This document shows, one piece after another, positions 40,016 to 49,651 of a stretch of 64,000 nucleotides of DNA. Every line of letters starts with the position of its first letter. Position 1 is the stretch's first letter. The notes below the pieces were generated by a model that ran no database searches, was not told the DNA's origin, and saw only the letters and a list, made by a program, of their open reading frames with translations. The position numbers were made by a program, and so were the translations under genes. Source of the stretch: a virus; the IMG/VR virus record IMGVR_UViG_3300024358_000010. One strand, given 5' to 3'.

Positions 40016-40598
40016 ATGGACAATGCGCAGCTCAAGTCTCTCGAAGAGATCCTGACTTATCTCAACTCGATCGACATAGCTGAAGATCCAGACACTTTCG
40101 AGTATTTATCTGGCATACGCGACCAAGCCAGCCGTATCATGCGCGACACTATACAGTGGGTCGAAAGGGGATCACTATGAAAGTGGTATTCACCGACGAC
40201 GAGCTGATGCTGATGGCCGACCTCGTCGAGGATGCGCTGACTCGAGAGCCGAACCGAGACGATCTCAAGCAGCTGATGTCGCGGCTCGCTTACTTAACCA
40301 CCACCAAGTGGGAGGTCTAGCATGGATATTAACCAGGAGAAAGTGCTGCTGCTCAACGGCATCGCACACCTCAAATACGAGCTCATGCTGACTCGCGGTC
40401 CAAGAAGTATCGACATCCTCGAAAGGCTTGAGACGCTGCGTAATTGCCTCGAGATCTTGATCAGCAAAGAACTTCGAATCTTTTCCAAGGAGATCTAATA
40501 TGAAAGCGTTGACTAGCGCCGAACTCAAGAGGATCTACAAGGGTAAGCGTCCCAAGTCAGCCTGGGAAGTTCTTCTAACCCCGCCAAAGAAAGGATAG
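40016..40598 (+). other. Run of four coupled small ORFs (40016-40180, 40177-40320, 40322-40498, 40500-40598)
   Basis: Own translations MDNAQLKS.., MKVVFTDD.., MDINQEKV.., MKALTSAE..; each has a GGAG/GGGG RBS and abutting start and stop. Confidence 0.65.
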
Positions 40599-40728
40599 CG
40601 TGATGCTTGCTATGCAGATCATCAAAGCCACCGCTGTAGCAGCGACCATGCTGCTGATCGTCGCCGCGGTGAACATCGCTGTAAAGATCATCCGAATCAA
40701 TAAGTAAGTATAATAAACAGGAGGTTAT

Positions 40729-40965
40729 ATGGCTTACTCATCCATCCACAACGTCGATACTTCACTCAAATATGTCGTCCGCCTCGACGGCGAAGTGATC
40801 CGCAGGGATGTTCAACCGCACCACGTCAACTCGATCGTCTACTCGCTCGAGTCCGAAGGTATCAGCATCAGTGACGAGATCTGGAACGACGACGAGATGG
40901 CGGTTGATCTCATGACCACCACAGTCTTCGACGACTTCGAAACTGACGACGACTACATCGACTAA
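40729..40965 (+). CDS. Hypothetical acidic early protein
   Basis: Promoter motif and AGGAGGT RBS. Confidence 0.7.
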   Translation: MAYSSIHNVDTSLKYVVRLDGEVIRRDVQPHHVNSIVYSLESEGISISDEIWNDDEMAVDLMTTTVFDDFETDDDYID

Positions 40966-40974
40966 GGAGCGACC

Positions 40975-41289
40975 ATGAGATACTTAGCTATCGCGCTGCT
41001 GCTCGGCGGCTGCGCCACGACCAAAGACGCAGACCAGCTCAGAACAGAGTTGACCACGACCCGGCTCCGCCTGGACGAGACGCGCTACCACGTTCAGATT
41101 GAATCCTGCCGAACCACCGCGCTCGTTTGTGGCCTTGTGACTAAGAACGAGGAGAAGTGTATCGATTCTTTCTCCGACTGCGTGACCTCGGCTATTGAAG
41201 GTTTCCGCATCCGATACGGCAAAGAACCCTCCGACCTCTTTGACAAGCTTGAAGTAGTAGACAAACTCGACCCCAAGCGTGCTCGCTAG
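40975..41289 (+). CDS. Putative lipoprotein
   Basis: MRYLAIALLLGG-C lipobox-like signal; AAGGAG RBS. Confidence 0.65.
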   Translation: MRYLAIALLLGGCATTKDADQLRTELTTTRLRLDETRYHVQIESCRTTALVCGLVTKNEEKCIDSFSDCVTSAIEGFRIRYGKEPSDLFDKLEVVDKLDPKRAR

Positions 41290-41517
41290 GGCGACCTCCT
41301 GATAAACCTCGGGGATCTACTCGGTCCCCGGGGTACTTCCCAACACAGCCGGGCCTCGCCGACACTGCTACGCCCACAGCCCACGCCCGACTATTTCCGA
41401 ATCTATCATTGAGTATAAGATGATGATGAAATTAAAATAATTGCTGCTGAGTTTATCCGATCCTATCTTTAACCATCGGGCAAATGTTATTGCCCAGCAA
41501 ACCAAGGAGTGTTATCC

Positions 41518-42033
41518 ATGGCTATGAAGCAACGTGAAGCAGTCTACCAAGTCACCACCGAAGTCCTCGCCGCCAAAGGCATCGAGTTCATGCCCACCGT
41601 CACCGACGTGCGCGACCTCGTCAACTCCGAGATCCGCTCGGAGATCACCGACAAGATCGTGACCATGTTCCAAGAAGGTCAAGTGGAGTTCAAGTCTACC
41701 GAGTCCAACCAGGAGAAGATGTCCGACACCAAGAAGCTCCGCAGCTACGTCACCGGCCTCATCACCAACTGGTTCAACAAGGATACGCAGCTCAACGGCG
41801 GCGCCAAGTACGAAGCCAAAAACCCCGGTTCCCGCTCACCCGACGCCCAGCTGAAAGAGCTCCGCATCCTCAAGAAGCACCTCGAAGCCAAAGGTGACGC
41901 TGACGGTGTCAGCCGCTGCGACGAAGCGATCGCCCAGCGGATCGAGTTCCTCAAGGCAGAGAAAGCTCCAACTTCCCTCCCAGCCGTAGACCCAGACAAC
42001 CTCCCCGACTTCCTGAAGGACCTGGCTGTCTAA
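41518..42033 (+). CDS. Early protein, paralogue family
   Basis: QREAVYQ...YVTGLITNWFNKDTQLNGGAKYEAKNPGSR; AAGGAG RBS. Confidence 0.85.
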   Translation: MAMKQREAVYQVTTEVLAAKGIEFMPTVTDVRDLVNSEIRSEITDKIVTMFQEGQVEFKSTESNQEKMSDTKKLRSYVTGLITNWFNKDTQLNGGAKYEAKNPGSRSPDAQLKELRILKKHLEAKGDADGVSRCDEAIAQRIEFLKAEKAPTSLPAVDPDNLPDFLKDLAV

Positions 42034-42041
42034 TCCTCCTA

Positions 42042-42068
42042 GGGAGGGAGACTAAACCTCTCCCTCCC
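42042..42068 (+). terminator. Hairpin closing the cassette region (possible terminator or processing site)
   Basis: GGGAGGGAGA-ctaaacc-TCTCCCTCCC; no clear U tract. Confidence 0.45.
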
Positions 42069-42082
42069 CTCCTTCTAAGGAT

Positions 42083-42626
42083 ATGAACCTTATGGCCGCG
42101 AAGCTATACCGCAAAGAACTAGTGCACAGAACTAAGTTCAACAAGATATACTCCATAAGGCCGGTGCAGAAGGTCCGCAAGTTCATCATGGCGCTCCATT
42201 TCTTAAATCTCGGTATAGATATCTCGCTGAACGCACCTAGAGTAAAAGTCGTCGACCAGAGACCCCGACCATGAAACCTGACCTATACGAAAAAGAAGCA
42301 GTCGGCCACAGTCGGACAGAAACGGTATACATGGTTAAACCCGTGCCCAAAGCTATACTGTTCATGCGAGTCCTACACCGTATTCGGGTAGAAAAGCAGA
42401 AAGCTTTCTGCAAGCTTGACTACGTGGAACGGAAGGATAGGTCGTGATGCGCAACCGCACCCCAAAGCCCCTATTCTCCAGGGAGAAGCTGCACAGCGGT
42501 CCCAGCAACCTGATCTACGTCGTCTCCCCAGTAGAGGAAGCCAGGAAGTTCCTGCTTACCCTCCACCTACTCTCCGTAGAGAGGAAGAACTTCTGGTCCA
42601 AGGTGGACTACCTGAAGAAGGGATAG
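42083..42626 (+). other. Three tandem paralogous ~60-aa ORFs (42083-42274, 42271-42447, 42444-42626)
   Basis: Shared L[YF].[KR]E...[IV]Y...PV.....F...LH.[LI]; the middle copy was translated by hand. Confidence 0.75.
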
Positions 42627-43893
42627 AGAGATGGACTTTGCCGACCACTACTACTCTTCAGACTCACTCTATATCTGCAAGAAGTTTATGGATCTACTCC
42701 AGGGCCTTAAGCTAGCTAAGCAAGAACCCTTCCCCTAGGAGAAGAGATGGACGACCGAACCGATCTGCTCAAGAAGAAGCTTGAGGAGATAAATGACCTG
42801 GCGCACCTGAAGATGATCTTCTTCACGCTGGCCCGCCTAGGTTTGGACATAGTGAAATATTAAGTGTTCCACTTAGTGGAAGTTGTTGGTTGGTGGGCGT
42901 CGCCACACCCCTCCCCTTTCCACTACACAACCATCGGCACCTTCTAAACCTAGAAGATACTACTTGCCCCAAAGACAGGGTGGAAAGCTTGACTACTTTT
43001 CCATTGCGATACTCTTCCCGGCTAGGAAAGCTGAGAAGTCTCTCTTTACCTATCCCATAAAAGGATGTTTATATGTCTGCTAGATGCTATGACGAGAACT
43101 GCATGGTTCACTTCTTAGAACTTGAAAGTTCTTTTGCCCACGTCTCTCCCCAGTTTGGTAACGTGAGGTGCTTGTGCTCCATCTCCGATAAGGAGACTTG
43201 GAGAGCCGCCCTTGCTGCTACGCTTGCGTATCGCTACCGCTTTCTTGAGGACATATAACAAGAGTTTGTTGCTTAGACCGTTATTTGGTAGAAGCCTAAC
43301 ATCCCAGGAGTATTGCTATGAACTATCAGCTCCAAATGGTTGAGCTTATTAAGGCCATTGCTCTTCTTTGCCAGACTGAGCTTGGAACAGAGTCGCCAGG
43401 GAGAGTGCTTGAAACCAGAAGGTTGTCTTGCATGTCCTACTATCTAACCTGCAGCTGTGATACCTCGCCTTCCGGCAACTTGACGTGCAACCCTAATATG
43501 TTTGAGAGGTTGACTGGTTGTATCTTGGAAAGAGCCCCGGTTAAGAGTAGGTGAAAGTATGGATGACCCTATTTCTAGTGAGGCTGAGAAATCTTTTGTT
43601 AAGGTGACTGGTCTTTTATGTAAAGTGAAGCTGGTTGACACAGAGACCTGGGTGGATCTGGTCGTAGATTTCCGATCCGAGGAATACGCACGTTCGTAAG
43701 CTTACTCAAACAGTAAACAAGGAGATTAAAGTGATCTTCGACATCCTCAACGTTATCGGCATTGTCATCACTGTAGTTCTTTTGTTTGGAGCTGTGAGCT
43801 TGTACCGCACCGTTCGCTCCTGGTTCCAACCCAAAGACTAGATCTCTTTACCTAAAGAGTGACGGAGGGTGAGCTTGTTTCTAATACTGTGAG

Positions 43894-44232
43894 GTGGGGT
43901 GCTTTGTGCAAATAAAAAGAGCTTACTGCGACATACTCTTAGATGGGTCAGATAGACCATACGTCGCCCTTCCTGAAGGTAATTTCATAGCAATATCAGT
44001 GCCGGATGGCGTTAGCTCTGGGTGGTTCACCTACCACCCCGAAGACCAGTTCGCCTACTACGAGTTTGATCCGTATCCACGTGACAAAGATCACTTTAGA
44101 TATCTTAGGTACCGAGCTTTCATGGGTTTAGGCTATACGCTTAAATTTTTGCACTTAATTAGCATAGGTGAGGCAGTTAGCTTGACCGGTGGCGTGTTTG
44201 ACGCGGTAGAAGAAAAAGATCTTAAAAAGTGA
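43894..44232 (+). CDS. Hypothetical protein
   Basis: Plus-strand ORF in the gene run; start uncertain. Confidence 0.5.
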   Translation: MGCFVQIKRAYCDILLDGSDRPYVALPEGNFIAISVPDGVSSGWFTYHPEDQFAYYEFDPYPRDKDHFRYLRYRAFMGLGYTLKFLHLISIGEAVSLTGGVFDAVEEKDLKK

Positions 44233-44620
44233 GTTGTTCTATCTATTTTCAGATAGTCTTCCAAGAAGGTATTTGGACTATGAGCCGGGGCTGATGTCTG
44301 ACCGAACGGGCTATGTCTTCACGGGCTGCCGCATCTACCGCAAAGAGATCCTCGGTAAAGATGAGGCGTTCGCCTTTGTTTCGACTAGCGATCTCAAGAA
44401 GATATTGCGGAAAAGATTGGGTCACAAGGCTAACCAGTGCCAAAAGTAGGTCGATAGGTTGGGAGAGTACGGTGAGTATAGGTTCAGAACTAGCCCGCAT
44501 CAAGAAGATAGATCCGGACTACTACCGGTACGTGTGGCTGGCGATAGCCCTCGGTCTTGGCACTTATAAGAAGTTAAGGCTGATGAGGCATAAACTTAAG
44601 TAGGAACTTTGGGAGGGCTT

Positions 44621-44968
44621 ATGCACTATCACGCGCACGTTTACTGGTCCAGCGAGGGTGAGCGGGAAACCGCACTCTCGCTCAGAAAAGACTTAGAAGA
44701 TCTCGGTCTTAGCTTGGGCCGAGTCTGGGATGTCGAGGTAGGACCGCACCCGCTCCCGATGTACCAGGTGAACTACTCCGACTCGGACGCTTATGTAGTG
44801 GAGGAGTTGCTGTCGTCTTCGGGGCTTAGTGTTTTACTCCATGAGGACACGGGCGACGACCTGCGTGATCATACCGAAGGTGCCCGGTGGCTGGGTAAGC
44901 CGCTGGATCTAGACCTGGAATGGCTGCGCGCCTACGCCGAGATGAAGCTGGACAATAAGGAAGTTTAA
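44621..44968 (+). CDS. DOPA 4,5-dioxygenase family protein
   Basis: YHAHVY, VGPHPLPMYQV, LSVLLH, DHTEGARWLGKPLDL are the family motifs; GGAGG RBS. Confidence 0.85.
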   Translation: MHYHAHVYWSSEGERETALSLRKDLEDLGLSLGRVWDVEVGPHPLPMYQVNYSDSDAYVVEELLSSSGLSVLLHEDTGDDLRDHTEGARWLGKPLDLDLEWLRAYAEMKLDNKEV

Positions 44969-45809
44969 GCGTTGAAAACCTTAATAATCAAAACTTTAAC
45001 CGCCTGGGTGGTCGTAAACTGCGGTGACGGCTCTGCCAAGAGCGGTGCTGAAGTTGATTCCGCGTCGGACCACGTGGTGGTGATCTGTGTTCCGCCTGAT
45101 GGCGCCAACTCTTATTTGAGGGTCGCTCGCCTAGGCGGTGAGATGTGCCCCAAGAACCACGTTGCTCTTGACTGGTGCAGTCTAGCAAAATAATCAAGCA
45201 AGTATAATCCCTTAGCTTTCAAGGGGGAATACGATGTACATCCAGATATACGCTTGGTTTATATTGATTACTTGGCTGGGTTTGGCTTATTACTTCCACG
45301 GCAAAGAAGTCCCAGAGGACATGCGGGTCATCGACTTCCGCCGGACATTCACCTCGATCCTAGCTCATCTGCCGATTTTTGGCCGCGTGTTTGGTTGGTG
45401 GTGATCAATGGATGAGCGCTCCGTCAGGATATGGCAGCTCGCCCACACGCAAGATGCGCTTGAGATCCAGCGTTGTAACTCGCTGATATGGCGACTGCTG
45501 ATCACAGTTATCCGCCTGAAGATGGTGGCAGAATGAGGAAGTACGTCGCCTGCAAAGCATTACCAGTTTACGAGTGCGCCATGCTTTTTGGTGGCCGAAA
45601 CGGTTTTCAGAGGGCCAACCGCGCGTTGTGGATGCTGGTTCTCACAGCGACAAGATTAAAGATCCTGCCGCAAGGCGAGCCGTTAAGATGGCCGTAGCGA
45701 ATCCTTTTGGCCATTTTAATGAACAATCCATGTCTTACCGCGAATATCTTGCCCGCGGTAAGATGCGTGTTTCCGATCATATAATTCCTTACGAATTAGG
45801 AGGTTGCAC

Positions 45810-46397
45810 ATGAACATGGAAAGCTACGAAGAATACAAAGAAGTTAGACAGAAAATAAAAGCGCTTCTCGCTGAAAAAGAAGAGTGGCTTTCTGAGCATT
45901 GGCTTGAAGCTCATGAAGACCTGGTGCGGGATCAGTTCGCGGAGGAATTGAGTTCGCAGCCCGATGACGCGGTTAATCGACTGATATCCGAGCTAGACGA
46001 TGCTCACAGAAAACTATTCCATTATCTTTCTGGTAAAGAAATCGTAAACTTACTGAGATCTAAGATAACTGACGAGCAGATCGCAGATGTTCTCATCGAC
46101 GCTGGCGAGATCTATGAACGAAAACCAACTTCCTACTTGTCTATTGCTTGTTTTGCACGCTCCGACTTTGAAGCAGATGTCTTTATTGACGATCATAAAG
46201 ACTTAGCCGATCTCGTTGATCTGCTTCCCGACGATAGCATTTTCAAGAAAGATATGTTCACAGTTAACGTAGACATTGGTCCGTTTTATTTCTGTGTCAA
46301 AGCAGACGCTTTTCTTAAAGAAGTTGAACACTTAATAAATAATGCTCTAGCAGAAGGTTACATCAAAGAATTGCTTGAGATTGGCTCAGATGCGTAA
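45810..46397 (+). CDS. Hypothetical acidic protein
   Basis: Promoter-like motif and AGGAGGT RBS. Confidence 0.7.
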   Translation: MNMESYEEYKEVRQKIKALLAEKEEWLSEHWLEAHEDLVRDQFAEELSSQPDDAVNRLISELDDAHRKLFHYLSGKEIVNLLRSKITDEQIADVLIDAGEIYERKPTSYLSIACFARSDFEADVFIDDHKDLADLVDLLPDDSIFKKDMFTVNVDIGPFYFCVKADAFLKEVEHLINNALAEGYIKELLEIGSDA

Positions 46398-46670
46398 CGG
46401 CCAAGATCCATTAGTGCCAAGAAGGTTTCTCAAATCTTTGGAAAGACTCAGGGTGTTCTCGGTCCCATTGGGTAGATTAATCTGGTTAAAGGCCGGTTTT
46501 AACGACTTAAAAAGTCCTTGGAGCGATAACTTCGTCGACGATTGGACATAATTTGGAAAACGAATTTCGCATATTAAATATCGCTGAGACCATGAAAGAT
46601 CTTCGTATAATATCCCCAGAATATTTCTGGGAAATTTGGCATTATCTAGCTCTGAGGATTGCAAGGGATT

Positions 46671-47033
46671 ATGACTCAAAACCATGAACGACGAGTTATG
46701 ATGTACAGTGCTGCCGCCATCTTCTTTGTGTTCGCGATGTACTTGACGTTCTCTTTTTCTTTTATAAAGCCAAAGACTACGGTTCAGGTTTACAAGGGTG
46801 ACGTGGTTAAGTTTGGGTGGACGCCAGACAATGTCTTCTACAGCAAGACGTGCACCGACTACGGCACAGCGATCGACCAGTACGGAGGAGCGGACCACCC
46901 CGCTTATAAGGTGATGATCGTCTGTACCTCAAAGAACAAAGTGGAATTTATTCCAATACTTATCCAACCTGAAAATGTTGTGTCCTCTTCGCGGGAACCG
47001 CTCCCAACGCCGATAGATGACTTAGTAGAATGA
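46671..47033 (+). CDS. Membrane-anchored small beta protein, paralogue of 47319
   Basis: N-terminal hydrophobic helix, then F.W....F...C...G....YG......Y.V...C. Confidence 0.6.
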   Translation: MTQNHERRVMMYSAAAIFFVFAMYLTFSFSFIKPKTTVQVYKGDVVKFGWTPDNVFYSKTCTDYGTAIDQYGGADHPAYKVMIVCTSKNKVEFIPILIQPENVVSSSREPLPTPIDDLVE

Positions 47034-47318
47034 GGTACGGAGTAAAGTCAATACTGATTGACAGTGTGATCAAAGGTACTTATTCCGAGCGATCTACGGT
47101 TGGCGGATTTGCTTGGATACTTTTAAAGTTAAACTTATCTAGATACCCCATCGTAACTCGCTGGATGAACAGGGAGTTTTACAACAACAGATGATAAAGA
47201 GTAAACCGAATCCTGAAACAGCGTGGAAACTCCTCTTGGCCGCTAAGAGGCTGAAAATATATAGTCTTTCCGATAGAAAAGCCATGGCGTGGGCAATATC
47301 ACTTTACGAGTCTTTAGC

Positions 47319-47675
47319 ATGAAAAAGTACATATCAATCATATTGGCGGCATTCTTTCTGGTAGGCGCCGGACATGTCCCTACAAATAAGAAGTATTTTA
47401 AAAAGCCGTCTTTCTCAAGAAAAAGACCAAAGAACATACCAATCAGAAAACCTAAACTATATAAAACACATAAACTAATTTACTTTACGTGGCCTATGGG
47501 TCTCGAAATGTTTGGGGCGGAATGTCCCAACAAAGGTTTTGTGCAGGAAGTTTACGGTCAACCACCTAATCTCCTTTACGAGGTGCGGGTAGAGTGCAAA
47601 GGTGACATCGAAAAGTACGAACACTTCTTTCTAATTCATCAGTCGCAGATAATCAAGATCATAAAGCGCGGATGA
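47319..47675 (+). CDS. Signal-peptide protein, paralogue of 46671
   Basis: MKKYISIILAAFFLVGA; same Cys/Gly/Tyr pattern. Confidence 0.6.
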   Translation: MKKYISIILAAFFLVGAGHVPTNKKYFKKPSFSRKRPKNIPIRKPKLYKTHKLIYFTWPMGLEMFGAECPNKGFVQEVYGQPPNLLYEVRVECKGDIEKYEHFFLIHQSQIIKIIKRG

Positions 47676-47816
47676 CAGAAACCGCACTAGATTTAATTTA
47701 GTGCGCAATGGCAATTTACCCCATAGCAAATGATTTGCTCTTAGTTTAAAGACTGATTCTGCGATTCTGAATTTATTTCCGATCATATTATGATCCATAA
47801 CACAGACGGAGGTTTT

Positions 47817-48254
47817 ATGTCGAGTTCGTCAATGGGGTTCTCGATGCCGAGATTAGTAAAAGCAAACCTTCAACTGATACTTGGAGATAAATATGACTCA
47901 TTTCTGTACGGGAGCATCCTCGCCTTCAAGGAAGCTTTGGCGGTTAAAATTAATAAAATTCGCATCGATAAACCTAATGATAAGTATTACACAACATTCA
48001 GCAAATCGTATAAAATACCAAACACAAACCTGAAACTTAAGTTTCAATCAACTATCTCTTTCAGAGATTATTCTAAGTTCTCAGGGCATGCTTCGTCTAA
48101 TCGGCAGGAAGAATATTGGTTTGATCCCAAGGCGACCCATGTTAAAGTCACAATACCGGCTTTTCAAGGAACAGACCACTACGGCTTCAATGATGTGCTT
48201 AACGAAGCTATCGCACACGCTTTCGATAAAGAAATACTGGGAGTAGGCAAATGA
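47817..48254 (+). CDS. Hypothetical protein
   Basis: Promoter-like motif and GGAGGT RBS. Confidence 0.7.
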   Translation: MSSSSMGFSMPRLVKANLQLILGDKYDSFLYGSILAFKEALAVKINKIRIDKPNDKYYTTFSKSYKIPNTNLKLKFQSTISFRDYSKFSGHASSNRQEEYWFDPKATHVKVTIPAFQGTDHYGFNDVLNEAIAHAFDKEILGVGK

Positions 48255-48324
48255 TACCGTTCGCTTTATTCTTTTTGTGCGTGATGTTTGGTGTTTACGT
48301 AATATTCGTACCATGAGGCTTACC

Positions 48325-48513
48325 ATGAAACATAGTATCGGCGATACTGTCTCCTACCAAGAATTAACTGGAAAAATCATCAACGTGTTTGATGCTCCAG
48401 CTGGAACTGTGCTTGAGATCGAGTGCCCAGCCAAAGTTGAAGGTGACCTCGACACCATCCTGTGGATACCTGAGGCAGAGCTCTCTGCCCCTAAAAAGGG
48501 GATCACGACATGA
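48325..48513 (+). CDS. Small SH3/KOW-like protein
   Basis: IGDTVSY..LTGKII...WIPEAEL. Confidence 0.55.
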   Translation: MKHSIGDTVSYQELTGKIINVFDAPAGTVLEIECPAKVEGDLDTILWIPEAELSAPKKGITT

Positions 48514-48819
48514 GCTTTAACGGCTTGCTTTTATTACTGTTGCTGGCCGTGCTACTCTCGTTGCCGGGGCTCACAATGGCCGACATTATTTCGCCGTTCA
48601 TGGCCAGCATGATCAGCCTTGGATCTACTTACTTAGTCTTAATATTTTGGCAATCTTAATGAAACACGACTCGGATATATACCAAGAATACTACAAGCAA
48701 ATTCTCGACCAGAAGAAGATGAATTTCTTTATCAGAACACTCACAACCCTCCGTCTCTCGGAGGATGTCCGATCTTATCCTGATTTTAATGATTTTGCCG
48801 TTTCATAATGGGGGTTTAT

Positions 48820-49089
48820 ATGCTTTGCCGTGATTGCGGTTTTGACATGGAAAAACCTAAGAGATGGGGCTATGCCACGCTGTGCGACGCGTGTGACGAA
48901 GCCAGATACGAAGCGAAGCATGTCGGCGTCATGATTGCCGATGGTAAAACTGATTATGGAATTCAACTAGTTAGAAATCCAACCAAAGCTCAGGCCGAGA
49001 AGATCAGGAGTCTAGGGTTGGCGCACGACCCAAGAACTCAGTTGAGATTCACGGGCAAAGGTCAGCATAATGAGCGGGAAGAAAAGTAA
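48820..49089 (+). CDS. C4 zinc-finger protein (DksA/TraR-like finger)
   Basis: CRDCG...KR.....LCDAC. Confidence 0.5.
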   Translation: MLCRDCGFDMEKPKRWGYATLCDACDEARYEAKHVGVMIADGKTDYGIQLVRNPTKAQAEKIRSLGLAHDPRTQLRFTGKGQHNEREEK

Positions 49090-49651
49090 TCTTATTGAAA
49101 CGACAGATCTTAATGTCGCCGACGCCGTGTGCATCGACCTTATGAACGTGGTGTTGTGCGATCTTCGTTTGCTGAGCCGCATATCGTGCGCTCAAATATC
49201 CGAGCGCCTCGACAATATCGTCCTCTTTGAGATTCAGTCTATATGAATGATTTTTACCGACGAGACGCAGAGCATTCAGCTTACTTTTTCGACTCGACCT
49301 ATCGACTGGGTCTTCTGGGTAAAAATGATTACGACAGAGTTTGGCGCGTGACGCGGAACATCATACTTTTCGAGATAGTCACGAGGAACGTTTGAGGTAT
49401 GGGCTAGGTGCCAGTTCGGGTACTTTGCTGAGTAAAATCAAATACAATTTTAGGTTGTTCCATCACAAAATAAATTTAGTGGATTCAACCGGTTATAACT
49501 TTTAACCGTTTATATTTTTCTGCTCAGAAGTGGAAACATAAAAGTCAACGATTTCAACTACTTTAAAATTAAATATTTTGACTCGACATCTGGCCGCTGG
49601 GGGTGTTAAAATAGAAATCAGTGAGTACAACTCTCCCAACCGGAGACACAG

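Larger units (their letters stand above)
35679..41419 (+). promoter_or_regulatory. Dispersed early promoter-like motif C(C/T)GA-N13-TAT(A/G)A
   Basis: Copies start at 35679, 35760, 37082, 37645, 38267, 39387, 39981, 40692 and 41397 with exactly 13 nt spacing. More degenerate copies at 39627, 41457, 45773, 47779, 51592, 52020, 53214 and 62818, each upstream of an ORF. Confidence 0.75.

Noticed and set aside
35846-42068. Integron cassette array
   Set aside because: No RYYYAAC/GTTRRRY attC ends and no integrase; the cassettes carry their own promoter-like motifs.
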